64,000 bases of DNA from an uncultured delta proteobacterium (GCA_963790475.1 CAWBOS010000012.1:224001-288000), one strand, 5' to 3'. Numbered from the stretch's first letter, positions 19,778 to 28,708 are shown. The notes: generated by a model not told the origin, from the sequence alone. A program made the numbers and translations.

Positions 19778-19863
19778 TTCATTGTCTAACAACCTTACAG
19801 ATAAGGAGTGTCAATGGAAGAAAAGGCCCCATTTCTCTGAAGAGTGATGGGGTTTTTTATTTT
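19778..19863 (+). promoter_or_regulatory. Leader element copy 1: hairpin plus intrinsic terminator
   Basis: CAACCTT...AAGGAGTGTCAATGGAAGA...CCCCATTTCT...GATGGGGTTTTTTATTT; homologous to 28099-28182. Confidence 0.65.
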
Positions 19864-19943
19864 GATCTCGGTGATCTACCATAAAGTACAAATTACTGAA
19901 TGTGGATCTTTTTGTTTGAGCTAACCATCTTTGAGGCAAGAAG

Positions 19944-20066
19944 ATGCAGTGTCCCAAGTGTCAGACGGAGAATCCTGAAGGCATAAAATTTTCTTATCTG
20001 AGGAGAAATCTTTTTGGTCAATATTCTATTGTAAATCCAAATTTTTTGTATAAGCTCATCTTGTAA
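19944..20066 (+). pseudogene. Zinc-ribbon N-terminal gene remnant
   Basis: MQCPKCQTENPEGIKF(S) resembles double-zinc-ribbon N-termini (MxCPKCxxENxxxxKFCxxCG) but the second CxxC is absent. Confidence 0.5.
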
Positions 20067-20083
20067 AAAAGGGAGGTACAACC

Positions 20084-21250
20084 ATGGAACAAGCGCTGTC
20101 GGGATTTAGGGTAATTGACTTTGGACATTATATCCCTGGGCCCTACACCGCCATGCTTCTGGCGGAGCAGGGTGCCGAGGTGATCAAGGTGGAAAGACCG
20201 GAGGGTGATCCTGCTCGAGGGGATCCCGGTTTCATGGTCTGGAATCGCAGTAAGAAGAGTATCAAACTGGACCTGAAGAAAAATCAAGCCGTAAAAATTG
20301 CACACGAACTGATCAAAAAAGCCGATGTGATTATCGAAAATTTCCGGCCTGGCGTAGCCGACAAACTCGGCATAGGATTTGAGAAGGTCCACGAGGTGAA
20401 CCCCAAGGCGATCTATTGCTCCATCTCCGGTTTCGGACCGAAGGGGCCATACCGTGACCTGCCGGGCTGGGATCCTATGGTGGGAGCCTTGTCCTGCGCT
20501 TTTGTCGAACATGGAGGCGGAAGGGAATGTCCGCCTCTGTACCTGGTCAATCCCCTCCCAAGCCACTATACCGCTTTTATGGCCGCCTTCAGTATCACCA
20601 CGGCTCTAATCGCCCGTGAATTCACCGGACAAGGTCAACGCATCGATATTTCTTTGTTCGCTTCTATGCTGGGCGCTGCCAGTATGTTCCTGGTTGATTT
20701 TGCGGGAAGGATTAGGATCCCCTTCACCGATCCGCAGGGGGCCATGCCGCTCTATAAGTTCTATCAGGGGAGTGACGGGAAATGGTTTTTCCTAGGGTTG
20801 GGGAATGTGACTTTTCTTACCAAATTCGCTATCGTTATGGAACATGAGGAATGGTTGGCCGATCCCCGCTTCGAAGGCGCTCCCTTTTTGATATTTCCTC
20901 CTGACAGTGATGAGATTATCTCCATGTTTAAGGAGATTTTCGCCACAAAAACTCGGGACGAATGGTTGGCCTTCCTGCGATCGGAGGATATCCCCTGCGC
21001 GGCCGCCCTGCCGGTAGAGGAATTTCTCGATGATCCCCAGGTGATGGCCAATGATATGATCGTTGAAATGGAAGAACCTGGTCTGGGGACGGTGCGGGAG
21101 ATGGGTATCCCCGTTAAACTCAGAGGAACACCAGGAGAGGTAAAAGGCCGATCACCAAAGCTGGGGGAACATGCCCATGAAATCTTGACCGGCCTCTTGG
21201 GTTATTCAGAAGAGGAGATAGCCGCTTTCAAAAAAGAAGGTCTCTTATAA
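20084..21250 (+). CDS. Class III (CaiB/BaiF) CoA-transferase, subunit 1
   Basis: LSGFRVIDF, GAEVIKVE, NRSKKSI, ENFRPG, SISGFG. Confidence 0.93.
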   Translation: MEQALSGFRVIDFGHYIPGPYTAMLLAEQGAEVIKVERPEGDPARGDPGFMVWNRSKKSIKLDLKKNQAVKIAHELIKKADVIIENFRPGVADKLGIGFEKVHEVNPKAIYCSISGFGPKGPYRDLPGWDPMVGALSCAFVEHGGGRECPPLYLVNPLPSHYTAFMAAFSITTALIAREFTGQGQRIDISLFASMLGAASMFLVDFAGRIRIPFTDPQGAMPLYKFYQGSDGKWFFLGLGNVTFLTKFAIVMEHEEWLADPRFEGAPFLIFPPDSDEIISMFKEIFATKTRDEWLAFLRSEDIPCAAALPVEEFLDDPQVMANDMIVEMEEPGLGTVREMGIPVKLRGTPGEVKGRSPKLGEHAHEILTGLLGYSEEEIAAFKKEGLL

Positions 21251-21263
21251 GAGAGAAAGGAGG

Positions 21264-22466
21264 ATGACCATGCACCCTCTCGAAGGTATCAGGGTTCTTG
21301 ATTTTAGTACCATGCTCAACGGCCCGTACGCAACGATGCTGCTTTCCGATATGGGCGCTGAAGTAATAAAAGTTGAACCGCCGGATGGTGATTCCTGGCG
21401 AGCCGTGGGAGGAGGCTTCATTGCCTGCAACCGGGGTAAAAAAGCCATCTGCCTTGATCTGAAAAAAGACGAGGCCAAACAAATCATATATTCTTTGATT
21501 AAAAAAAGCGACATCCTGGTGGAGAATGCCCGCTGGGGGGTTTGGCATCGACTCGGTTTGGATTACGATTCGGTGGTCAGGGAAAAACCGGATCTAATCT
21601 ATGTCTCCGTTCTGGGACATGGATCCACGGGTCCTTTGTCGGAAACACCGGGATATGATCCCCTGCTCCAGTCCCGCAGTGGTGAAAGCGTCTCCCAGGG
21701 AGGCCTGGGAAAACCCCCGGTTTTTCATGCCATACCTCTTAATGATTTGGCTACGCCCATGCTGGGGGCCTGGGGCGCTGTTCTGGCCCTCCTGGCCAGG
21801 GTTAGGACCAAGACGGGAAAGGGACAGAACGTCGAATCATCCCTGACCAACGCCTCTATAGCCCTGCAGTCGGGTAATTTTATTGACTATGCCGGAATCA
21901 ACCGAAAATACCCCGGAGGACCGGGCATAAAAGGATTGAGTTCAACCCACCGGTTATACCAAACCAAGGATGAGAGGTGGATCTTCATTATGTGCTATAA
22001 ACCGCAACATTGGTCCAGTCTCTGTCAGGTTTTAGGACAGGAAGAGTTGCTCTCCGATCCCCGATTTGAAAATGAGCAAAATCGCAAGAAAAATGACGAA
22101 TCTTTGTTGAAAATTTTTACTGAGACCTTTAAAGGCAAGACCTATGAGGAATGGGTGAGCGCCCTTTCAAAGGCGGATGTGCCGGTTGCTCCGGCCCAAT
22201 CGGCTGAAGAGGTGATCAGGGATCCGCACTGTGACGCCAATAATTATTTTGCCGAGATCCAGGACCCGGAGTTCGGACCGGTAAGACTACCGGGAGTTGG
22301 ACCTCAATTTTCAGAGATGTCCGGAATCATTCGTCGCGGGACACCGAAGCTCGGCCAAAATACGGACGAAGTTTTGAAAGAATTGGGCTATACTGAAGAA
22401 CAGATCAATGTCCTTAAAGATAAACGGATCATTTTCCAGGCTGATCTGTCGAATTCTCAACCATGA
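21264..22466 (+). CDS. Class III (CaiB/BaiF) CoA-transferase, subunit 2
   Basis: PLEGIRVLDF, GAEVIKVE, NRGKKAI, PGYD, PLND with the presumed catalytic Asp. Confidence 0.93.
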   Translation: MTMHPLEGIRVLDFSTMLNGPYATMLLSDMGAEVIKVEPPDGDSWRAVGGGFIACNRGKKAICLDLKKDEAKQIIYSLIKKSDILVENARWGVWHRLGLDYDSVVREKPDLIYVSVLGHGSTGPLSETPGYDPLLQSRSGESVSQGGLGKPPVFHAIPLNDLATPMLGAWGAVLALLARVRTKTGKGQNVESSLTNASIALQSGNFIDYAGINRKYPGGPGIKGLSSTHRLYQTKDERWIFIMCYKPQHWSSLCQVLGQEELLSDPRFENEQNRKKNDESLLKIFTETFKGKTYEEWVSALSKADVPVAPAQSAEEVIRDPHCDANNYFAEIQDPEFGPVRLPGVGPQFSEMSGIIRRGTPKLGQNTDEVLKELGYTEEQINVLKDKRIIFQADLSNSQP

Positions 22467-22556
22467 AAAACATAGCCAGAAGAAGGGAACTCATTTATTC
22501 TTCACACCCTGGCCTTCGAATGATCGCTAAAAGCCCTCTTCGTCATTCCGCGCTTG

Positions 22557-22699
22557 GAGACTGTGTCGCAATTACTTTTTTTGTCATTTCGTGCAAGCGA
22601 AGCGTAACACGAAATCCAGTATTTCCAATAAGTTCTGGATACCGGCTTTCGCCGGTATGACGTCTTTTATGGCACTTGCAGTAATTGCGACACAGCCTC
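22557..22699. mobile_element. 143 bp MITE (family D, copy 1) inserted in a REP-like hairpin
   Basis: TIR GAGACTGTGTCGCAATT / AATTGCGACACAGCCTC; 3 bp TSD TTG; close copy at 48323-48464. Confidence 0.85.
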
Positions 22700-22887
22700 T
22701 TGACCCGGAATCCATCCTGCCTTTGGCGGACCGGTTTTCACCGAGACGATGTCTGTACAGAGCTCTTAGCGCAGGTTTGTGTTCTATCGACCTCTGAATC
22801 CTCACCGGCGAACCGGGTAGATCTGCGGTAATGGACATTACCTTAAATCGTCCCGGTAACGCCGGTGTCTTTCAAAGCGTAGAAAGA

Positions 22888-24093
22888 TTAGGCGTCGTAT
22901 CTCCCTACAATCGCCACTGCCGCGACATTCCGAAATGGTGCCCCGCCCAGATTATGGGTCAGGCCGAATCTGGGATTATTGAGCTGTCTTTCACCGGCCC
23001 GGCCATGGAGCTGCAGGTACATTTCATACAGCATGCGCAGACCGGAGGCACCGATGGGATGCCCAAAGCACTTCAATCCGCCGTCCACCTGACAGGGGAC
23101 CTGGCCGTCAAGATCGTAAAACCCATCCAGCACATCCTTCACGGCTTGACCCCGGGAGGATATTTTCAGGTCTTCCATGGTCACCAGTTCGGTAATACTG
23201 AAGCAGTCGTGAACCTCCATCATACTGATTTCCTGCCGGGGGTTGGTGATTCCGGCCTCGGCATAAGCCCGGTCCGCCGCCTTATCGGTGGTGACGAAAT
23301 GTTCCCCCTCCCATTCATCGTATTCCATTTCATAGCCGTTGGAAACGGCCAGTTGGAGGGCCTTAACGGAAACGAGATTCTTTTTTCCCATTTTTTTGGC
23401 GATCTCCGGCGTGGTGACGATGGCACAGGCCGAACCGTCTGATACACCGCAGCAGTCGAAGAGTCCCAGGGGATCACTGATGATTGGCGCGTTCAAGATC
23501 GTCTCCATCGATACCGGATTTCGCAAATGCGCCTTGGGGTTCTTGGCCCCGTTTTGATGACTTTTCCAGGATACATGGGCGATGGCCTCTTTCAATAAAT
23601 CCCGGCTGATGCCGTATTTGGCCCGATAGGCACTGGCCAGTTGGGCAAACATGCCCGGGGCGGTCATATTGGGAGAGGTCATATTGCCCACGGTTATCTT
23701 CCCACCGCTACCGGGCAACCCGCCATAACCCACATCCTTGAGTTTTTCCACTCCCAGGGCCAGACAGATATCGTAGGCCCCGGAAGCGACGGCATAACTG
23801 GCCGCACGGAACGCTTCCGTACCGGTCGCGCACATATTTTCATTTCGCGAAACGGGAATATTCGGCAGACGAAGCGTCATCGGCAGGGGCAGTGCGCTGC
23901 CGCCTACACCATACTCCGGAGAATTGGTCCCGAGCCAGGCCGCCTCTATTTCGTTCTTTTCAATGCCGGCATCGGCCAGACATTCTACAAAGGCTTCCAC
24001 CATTAAATCTTCACCGTTGCTCTCCCAGCGCTCCCCGAATTTTGAGCATCCCATGCCCAGGATAACCACTTTGTCTCTTATTCCTGTAGCCAT
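22888..24093 (-). CDS. Thiolase, SCPx/SCP2-thiolase type
   Basis: ENMCATG, GVEKL, CCGVSDG, EVHDCF, GGLKCFGHPIGASG, HNLGG; RBS GGAG before MATG. Confidence 0.92.
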   Translation of the reverse strand: MATGIRDKVVILGMGCSKFGERWESNGEDLMVEAFVECLADAGIEKNEIEAAWLGTNSPEYGVGGSALPLPMTLRLPNIPVSRNENMCATGTEAFRAASYAVASGAYDICLALGVEKLKDVGYGGLPGSGGKITVGNMTSPNMTAPGMFAQLASAYRAKYGISRDLLKEAIAHVSWKSHQNGAKNPKAHLRNPVSMETILNAPIISDPLGLFDCCGVSDGSACAIVTTPEIAKKMGKKNLVSVKALQLAVSNGYEMEYDEWEGEHFVTTDKAADRAYAEAGITNPRQEISMMEVHDCFSITELVTMEDLKISSRGQAVKDVLDGFYDLDGQVPCQVDGGLKCFGHPIGASGLRMLYEMYLQLHGRAGERQLNNPRFGLTHNLGGAPFRNVAAVAIVGRYDA

Positions 24094-24161
24094 AATTTTC
24101 TCCTTTGCAGTTTTAAAAAATTCATTTGTTCTTGAGCCTCCCCCCATTCTTCAACGGTGGA

Positions 24162-25622
24162 TTAGGCCTTTCTGCTATGATCGGGGGCAGCTTTCCAGAA
24201 ATATCCGGTAAAACCCCGTTTAGGATCGTGATAATTTATCCGGAAGGTCATCTTCATGGGCACGCCGACCTCTATATCATTCAGGGAACAGTCGGTAAAA
24301 TCAGTCATGGTCCGTCCGCCGCCTTCAAACTGAATCATGCCATAGATAGCCGGAGGATCCAATGAAGCAGCCAGGTTATCCGCTGTAAAGGTCACCACTT
24401 TGGCCGGTCTGTCGGCAAATTCGTAGTCTACCAAGGAGTCAACCGCTCCGCAATCCGGTTTAACACAGATTCGCTTGGCCGGAATCTGGGCTGTTCCGCA
24501 GGTGGTGCACTTACCCCCTACAAATCCCAGGATATATTTCCGGTTTCGGTATAGGGAGGAAAGCCCGGTACGATAATCCTGATCCCCCCTTCCACCCAGG
24601 TCGGTTTCGATGAGATTATTGTATTGGAGCCACTTGGTATAAGATTCCTCGGTCTTTTTGTTGGCCAGATATCCGGAAATTCCTGTCCTGGACGACGGCT
24701 TCATGATGTTTTCGGTCGCCCGAAAAATCAGGGCGGTAGCCCCCTGCCCCATTCCGGCCACCAGTAAAATATCACCGGGTTTGGCTGTTTCCAGCTCTTT
24801 AGCCAGCATGACCAAGGGATGCGCCACCCCACACTCGCCTACCTGGGCCTCCAGTGTATCGGCCAACTGATTCGGCTTTGCGCCCACGGAACCTGCCAGT
24901 TTGGCGTTAATCCGTCCGAAAATACAGGGAAAGATCATTTTGGTGATATCTCCCACCGCAATGCCGGTCTTTGCCATCGCCCCTTTGAACACCTCGGGAT
25001 ATATCTTGGAAAAACCTTCATCCCTTACCCAGCGTTGCTCCCAGTTATAGTCAAATTTCGCCTCTTCACCCCGGTAATGGTCGACAAAATCAATGGATGT
25101 CGAATAACCGCCCAGATATTCGGCGATCAGGTCATTATCACCCACCACCAGCGCCCCCGAACCGTCTCCGAAAAGCATTTCCTCGTTTGACGCGGCCTTG
25201 GTTCGCCGTTTATCGGAAGCGGTCACCAGGATCCGATGTTTATCCCCGCCCTTAACCACTTCCAGGGCCGTCATCAAAGCCGTCGTCCCGGCTTTAAGTG
25301 AAGATGCAAAATCGGCTGAAGTGATGTCGTCTCTGAGGTTCAAAGCGGACTTTACAACACCGGCATTGTCCCGGTCACTAAAAGGTAAAGTGGTCGAGGC
25401 CAGATAAATACCATCTAATTTTGTTTTATCCACACCCACCAGGGCGTCCCGGCTCGCCGAAACGGCCATGGTCAGGCAGTCCTCATCCCAGTTGGCCATG
25501 GAACGCTCACCGCGGGCCGCTCCTAATAGTCCGGGAGCAAACCAGCCCATGTTTTTGGCAACAGCCGCCCGGCTCAACCGCATCCGGGGGATATAACCGC
25601 CATATGAAACAATACCAACCAT
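24162..25622 (-). CDS. HMG-CoA-synthase-like domain fused to DUF35 (Zn-ribbon/OB-fold)
   Basis: GIVSYGGYIP, DEDCLTMA, FGDG; C-terminal CTTC...CVKPDC, FEGGGR, YFWKA. Confidence 0.88.
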   Translation of the reverse strand: MVGIVSYGGYIPRMRLSRAAVAKNMGWFAPGLLGAARGERSMANWDEDCLTMAVSASRDALVGVDKTKLDGIYLASTTLPFSDRDNAGVVKSALNLRDDITSADFASSLKAGTTALMTALEVVKGGDKHRILVTASDKRRTKAASNEEMLFGDGSGALVVGDNDLIAEYLGGYSTSIDFVDHYRGEEAKFDYNWEQRWVRDEGFSKIYPEVFKGAMAKTGIAVGDITKMIFPCIFGRINAKLAGSVGAKPNQLADTLEAQVGECGVAHPLVMLAKELETAKPGDILLVAGMGQGATALIFRATENIMKPSSRTGISGYLANKKTEESYTKWLQYNNLIETDLGGRGDQDYRTGLSSLYRNRKYILGFVGGKCTTCGTAQIPAKRICVKPDCGAVDSLVDYEFADRPAKVVTFTADNLAASLDPPAIYGMIQFEGGGRTMTDFTDCSLNDIEVGVPMKMTFRINYHDPKRGFTGYFWKAAPDHSRKA

Positions 25623-25811
25623 ATCAACTCTCCTTTCTGTTTTGATGAATCTGAAGAATTATTCCTCAAGAGACCAACGTTATGATTCGTGAATCCTCTT
25701 GTTCCTGGTCCGTTGAACCATTGTTGGAAATCCTTAAGGTGCAATGGATCAGATTTCAAAGGTCTCCAGGGGTAAGTTATCTTTTTCAACGAATCCTCCC
25801 CTTCTCAGAGG

Positions 25812-25839
25812 AGAATACCCCTATCAACGTAGATGTCAA
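25812..25839 (-). promoter_or_regulatory. Putative sigma70 promoter for the HMGS-like/thiolase pair
   Basis: TTGACA-16 bp-TATTCT on the minus strand. Confidence 0.45.
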
Positions 25840-25997
25840 CTTTCTTGTTAAGCCAAATCCCAAAAATCATTCCTAAGGCATTTATCATAATCATTGGATA
25901 AAATATCCAGTTTCTTTCATCGATGAACCGGGGGCGAAACGGGTGTTTCAATTACTAACGCTGCAAAAATTTAAGTTAAGAAGGATTGAGATATTGT

Positions 25998-26657
25998 TTA
26001 AAACTCACCCGATGTCGAACCATCAAGAGGGATCGCTCGAAAATGACCATGACGTAATTCTCTTACCAGATCCTCACTTGTATGAAAGGTATTTTCAAAC
26101 TCTGTCGCGCAATTCAAGAACCAGTCCCGATTGGCGTAATGGGCATCACTTCCTCCGATTCCCCTCAGGTCGGTTTGTTTAATCAGGGCTGCCGCCTTTT
26201 GGTTTTGCTCTCCTGAATTACTCCCGTTCAGTTCTTCGATAATACTGACCTCGTCCAATTGAATCTCATCCTTGGTCAAGGCCCGGCCGTAGATAGAACT
26301 TCTGAAAGGATGGGCCGGGATGGCGATTCCACCGCAATCGTTAATGGTTTTGATGACTTTTTGACTATTGAGATTTCTCCGGGACACATCGACCTGCTTG
26401 AGAAAATTGGTAGTGATTCCATAAAGCAGCAGATGGCCAAGATTCGTTTCCACTTCAACCCCCTGTAGAATCAAAACATCATATTGATCACTGATTTTCT
26501 GATAAGGCATTTGTTGATCATAAAGACAATGCTCGGTAATGACCAGGCCGTGAAAGGGGTGATATTCACGATATCGTTTAATGAGGCGGCAATAGGTCTC
26601 CACGGTTGCCGATGAATCCCCGGATGCCTGGGTGTGCACATGCATATCGATGATCAT
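25998..26657 (-). CDS. PHP-domain metal-dependent phosphoesterase
   Basis: DMHVHT, ITEH, GVEV, GHLL, AHPFR, GGSDAH. Confidence 0.9.
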   Translation of the reverse strand: MIIDMHVHTQASGDSSATVETYCRLIKRYREYHPFHGLVITEHCLYDQQMPYQKISDQYDVLILQGVEVETNLGHLLLYGITTNFLKQVDVSRRNLNSQKVIKTINDCGGIAIPAHPFRSSIYGRALTKDEIQLDEVSIIEELNGSNSGEQNQKAAALIKQTDLRGIGGSDAHYANRDWFLNCATEFENTFHTSEDLVRELRHGHFRAIPLDGSTSGEF

Positions 26658-26663
26658 GTTTGG

Positions 26664-27563
26664 TTATTCGATACCCAACACCTTCAAACCTTGTCCCAGG
26701 GTATTCGGGGCAACGTCTAACAGCTCATCAACCGTCCACCGGCCTTTTTTATAAATAGTCCTTTCCAGCACAGGTTCCGAGTAAAGGCTTATCTCTCCCC
26801 CAAAGACGTTGAAGGTCCGCCCGCTGATGTTGCCGGCCGCTTTTGTACATAGGAAAATGATGAAAGGTGAAATATCGTCGGGCTGATTGGCCTCCACCCT
26901 TTCTTTGATGTCGGTTAAGCCGGCCCTTTCCCAGTTGGCGATCAGTTCGGGACTCATGGTCAGCCGAGTGGCTGCCGTCGGCCTGATGGCGTTGCAGGTC
27001 GTATTATACTTGGCCATATCCCGGGCGATCTGGCGGGTAAGTCCGATAATCCCTTCCTTGGCAGCGCCGTAGTTGGCCTGTCCAAAAGTCGACCCCAGAC
27101 CGGCCGAAGAGGAGGTGTTGATAATTCGCCCCCACTTTTGGGCCCGCATATGCCGGCTGGCAGCCCTGGCACAATAAAAATGCCCGTACAAGTGGACCTT
27201 TAGCACAATGTCCCATTCTTCATCACTCATATTAAAAACCATGCGATCCCTCAGAATTCCGGCATTGTTTACCAGAATATCGACTCGACCAAAATTGTCC
27301 ACGGCGGTTTGGATAACCCTCTCCGCACTCTTGGCCTCGGCAACGGAATCAAGGCTGGCAATCGCTTCTCCTCCCGCAGCCTTAATCTCATTGACTACTT
27401 GCTGGGCGGGACCTGCATCGCTCCCAACACCATTGCCACCACCACCTAAATCGTTGACCACGACTTTGGCTCCTGCTGCGGCCAGGGCCATAGCCTCGCC
27501 TCTTCCGATACCACGGCCTGCTCCGGTTACGACCGCGACTTTTCCTTCCAATACTTTAGCCAT
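26664..27563 (-). CDS. SDR oxidoreductase (MFE-2 / 3-hydroxyacyl-CoA dehydrogenase-like)
   Basis: TGAGRGIG, VVVNDLG, NNAGILRD, GQANYGAAK. Confidence 0.93.
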   Translation of the reverse strand: MAKVLEGKVAVVTGAGRGIGRGEAMALAAAGAKVVVNDLGGGGNGVGSDAGPAQQVVNEIKAAGGEAIASLDSVAEAKSAERVIQTAVDNFGRVDILVNNAGILRDRMVFNMSDEEWDIVLKVHLYGHFYCARAASRHMRAQKWGRIINTSSSAGLGSTFGQANYGAAKEGIIGLTRQIARDMAKYNTTCNAIRPTAATRLTMSPELIANWERAGLTDIKERVEANQPDDISPFIIFLCTKAAGNISGRTFNVFGGEISLYSEPVLERTIYKKGRWTVDELLDVAPNTLGQGLKVLGIE

Positions 27564-27695
27564 CCTGCATCCTCCCTTTTTTGTTTATTTTCAATCCCAT
27601 GAATGCGGAAAACACAAAGTCCGTCCAACTGAATGATTGCCCTGACGACCCCAATCACTTTGGTAAGATCATTTATACACCGAGAACTAATATTC

Positions 27696-27712
27696 TGCAA
27701 TGCCATTGCCTT
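27696..27712 (-). promoter_or_regulatory. Putative sigma54 (-24/-12) promoter
   Basis: Minus strand AGGCAATGGCATTGCA gives GG-N10-GC, ~130 bp upstream of the SDR start. Confidence 0.5.
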
Positions 27713-27741
27713 CGTTTCCGTCAAGGCTGAAAGGAATCTAT

Positions 27742-27775
27742 ATTTCCGATTTCGGATTTCGGATTGTGGAATTCG
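27742..27775. repeat. Short heptamer tandem repeat
   Basis: ATTTCCG ATTTCGG ATTTCGG ATTGTGG AATTCG. Confidence 0.6.
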
Positions 27776-28046
27776 CCACCCCTTTAGATCCCGATTTCAA
27801 GCAGCGGGCGGGTGCCCGGCAAAGCAATCTTCGTGGGACAAATTGCAAGAAGCCGGCCGGTGATCCTGCGCGGCCTTCCGTCCTTGGTTGTCCCGATCAG
27901 TCGCATGGTGTGGTGGAGGCCAAATCGTTGTCCATAAGAATCAGGATCAGCATGCAAAATTTGAATAAGCTTAACCAGAATTCAAAGACCTGCCTTTTTA
28001 AGGTCACGTTTCGATAATAATCAATGAAAAAGATGGTTGAAATTAA

Positions 28047-28182
28047 TTGACTTTTTGGGGATTATGCGGTTAAAATTTCTTCCTATTCTAAAAAGGCTTT
28101 CTTGTTGGCAACCCTTAAGAGGAGTTCCAATGGAAGATTAAAAAACCCCATTTCTTAAATAAAGAGATGGGGTTTTTTATTT
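28047..28182 (+). promoter_or_regulatory. Promoter plus leader element copy 2 (hairpin plus terminator)
   Basis: TTGACT-18-TAAAAT, then CAACCCTTAAGAGGAGTTCCAATGGAAGA...CCCCATTTCT...GATGGGGTTTTTTATTT. Confidence 0.65.
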
Positions 28183-28244
28183 CGACTTAGGTCCTGGGTT
28201 GTAAAAAAGAAATAAAAGAAAGGTGTTTAGGGAGGCGGTTTTCA

Positions 28245-28577
28245 TTGAAACTTTCAAAGATATCGTGGTTACTTTTTGGGATTATTTTACTCGCTATTCA
28301 ACAAGAACAGGTATTAGGAGGTAGTAACAGGGAGATTTCATCTTCTGCATTTAAGGACAGAGAGAAGATCCCAATTCAATATGTCATGCCTGGAGCGGGC
28401 GGGAAAAATATTTCTGTTCCCCTTTCCTGGAAGAACATTCCTTACCAGTTCACCCTCTATGCCTTAAGTCAGGAGAAGCTTAACCTCGGGGCAAACACCT
28501 CGCTCTCTGCTTTTAAGAAGGCCTTAGAGGGAAAGATCCTGGGATCAACGACACTCACAGGAAAATATGGACGTTAG
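28245..28577 (+). pseudogene. YbhB/YbcL (PEBP) family protein with an in-frame internal deletion
   Basis: ISSSAFKD...GKNISVPLSW joined directly to YQFTLYAL; the central DP...HW...GPxPP block is missing. Confidence 0.75.
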
Positions 28578-28708
28578 GAATTGAGGTCTGGCGTTCACTT
28601 AATTTATTCTCTTCCCATTAAAAAGCAACCTTTTGTCAAAAAATGTGGAAGTTCATATTGGCCTCAACTTTTGAAGGGAACCAAAAAAGTATCGGAAAGG
28701 AACGAATC

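Noticed and set aside
22463-22838. Small ORFs containing FWIPAFAGMT (also 48338-48529 and 47658-47864)
   Set aside because: Translations of REP/MITE sequence rather than genes
27700-28017. 105 aa ORF in the SDR-PEBP intergenic region
   Set aside because: Spans a heptamer repeat and promoter DNA; no RBS or motif
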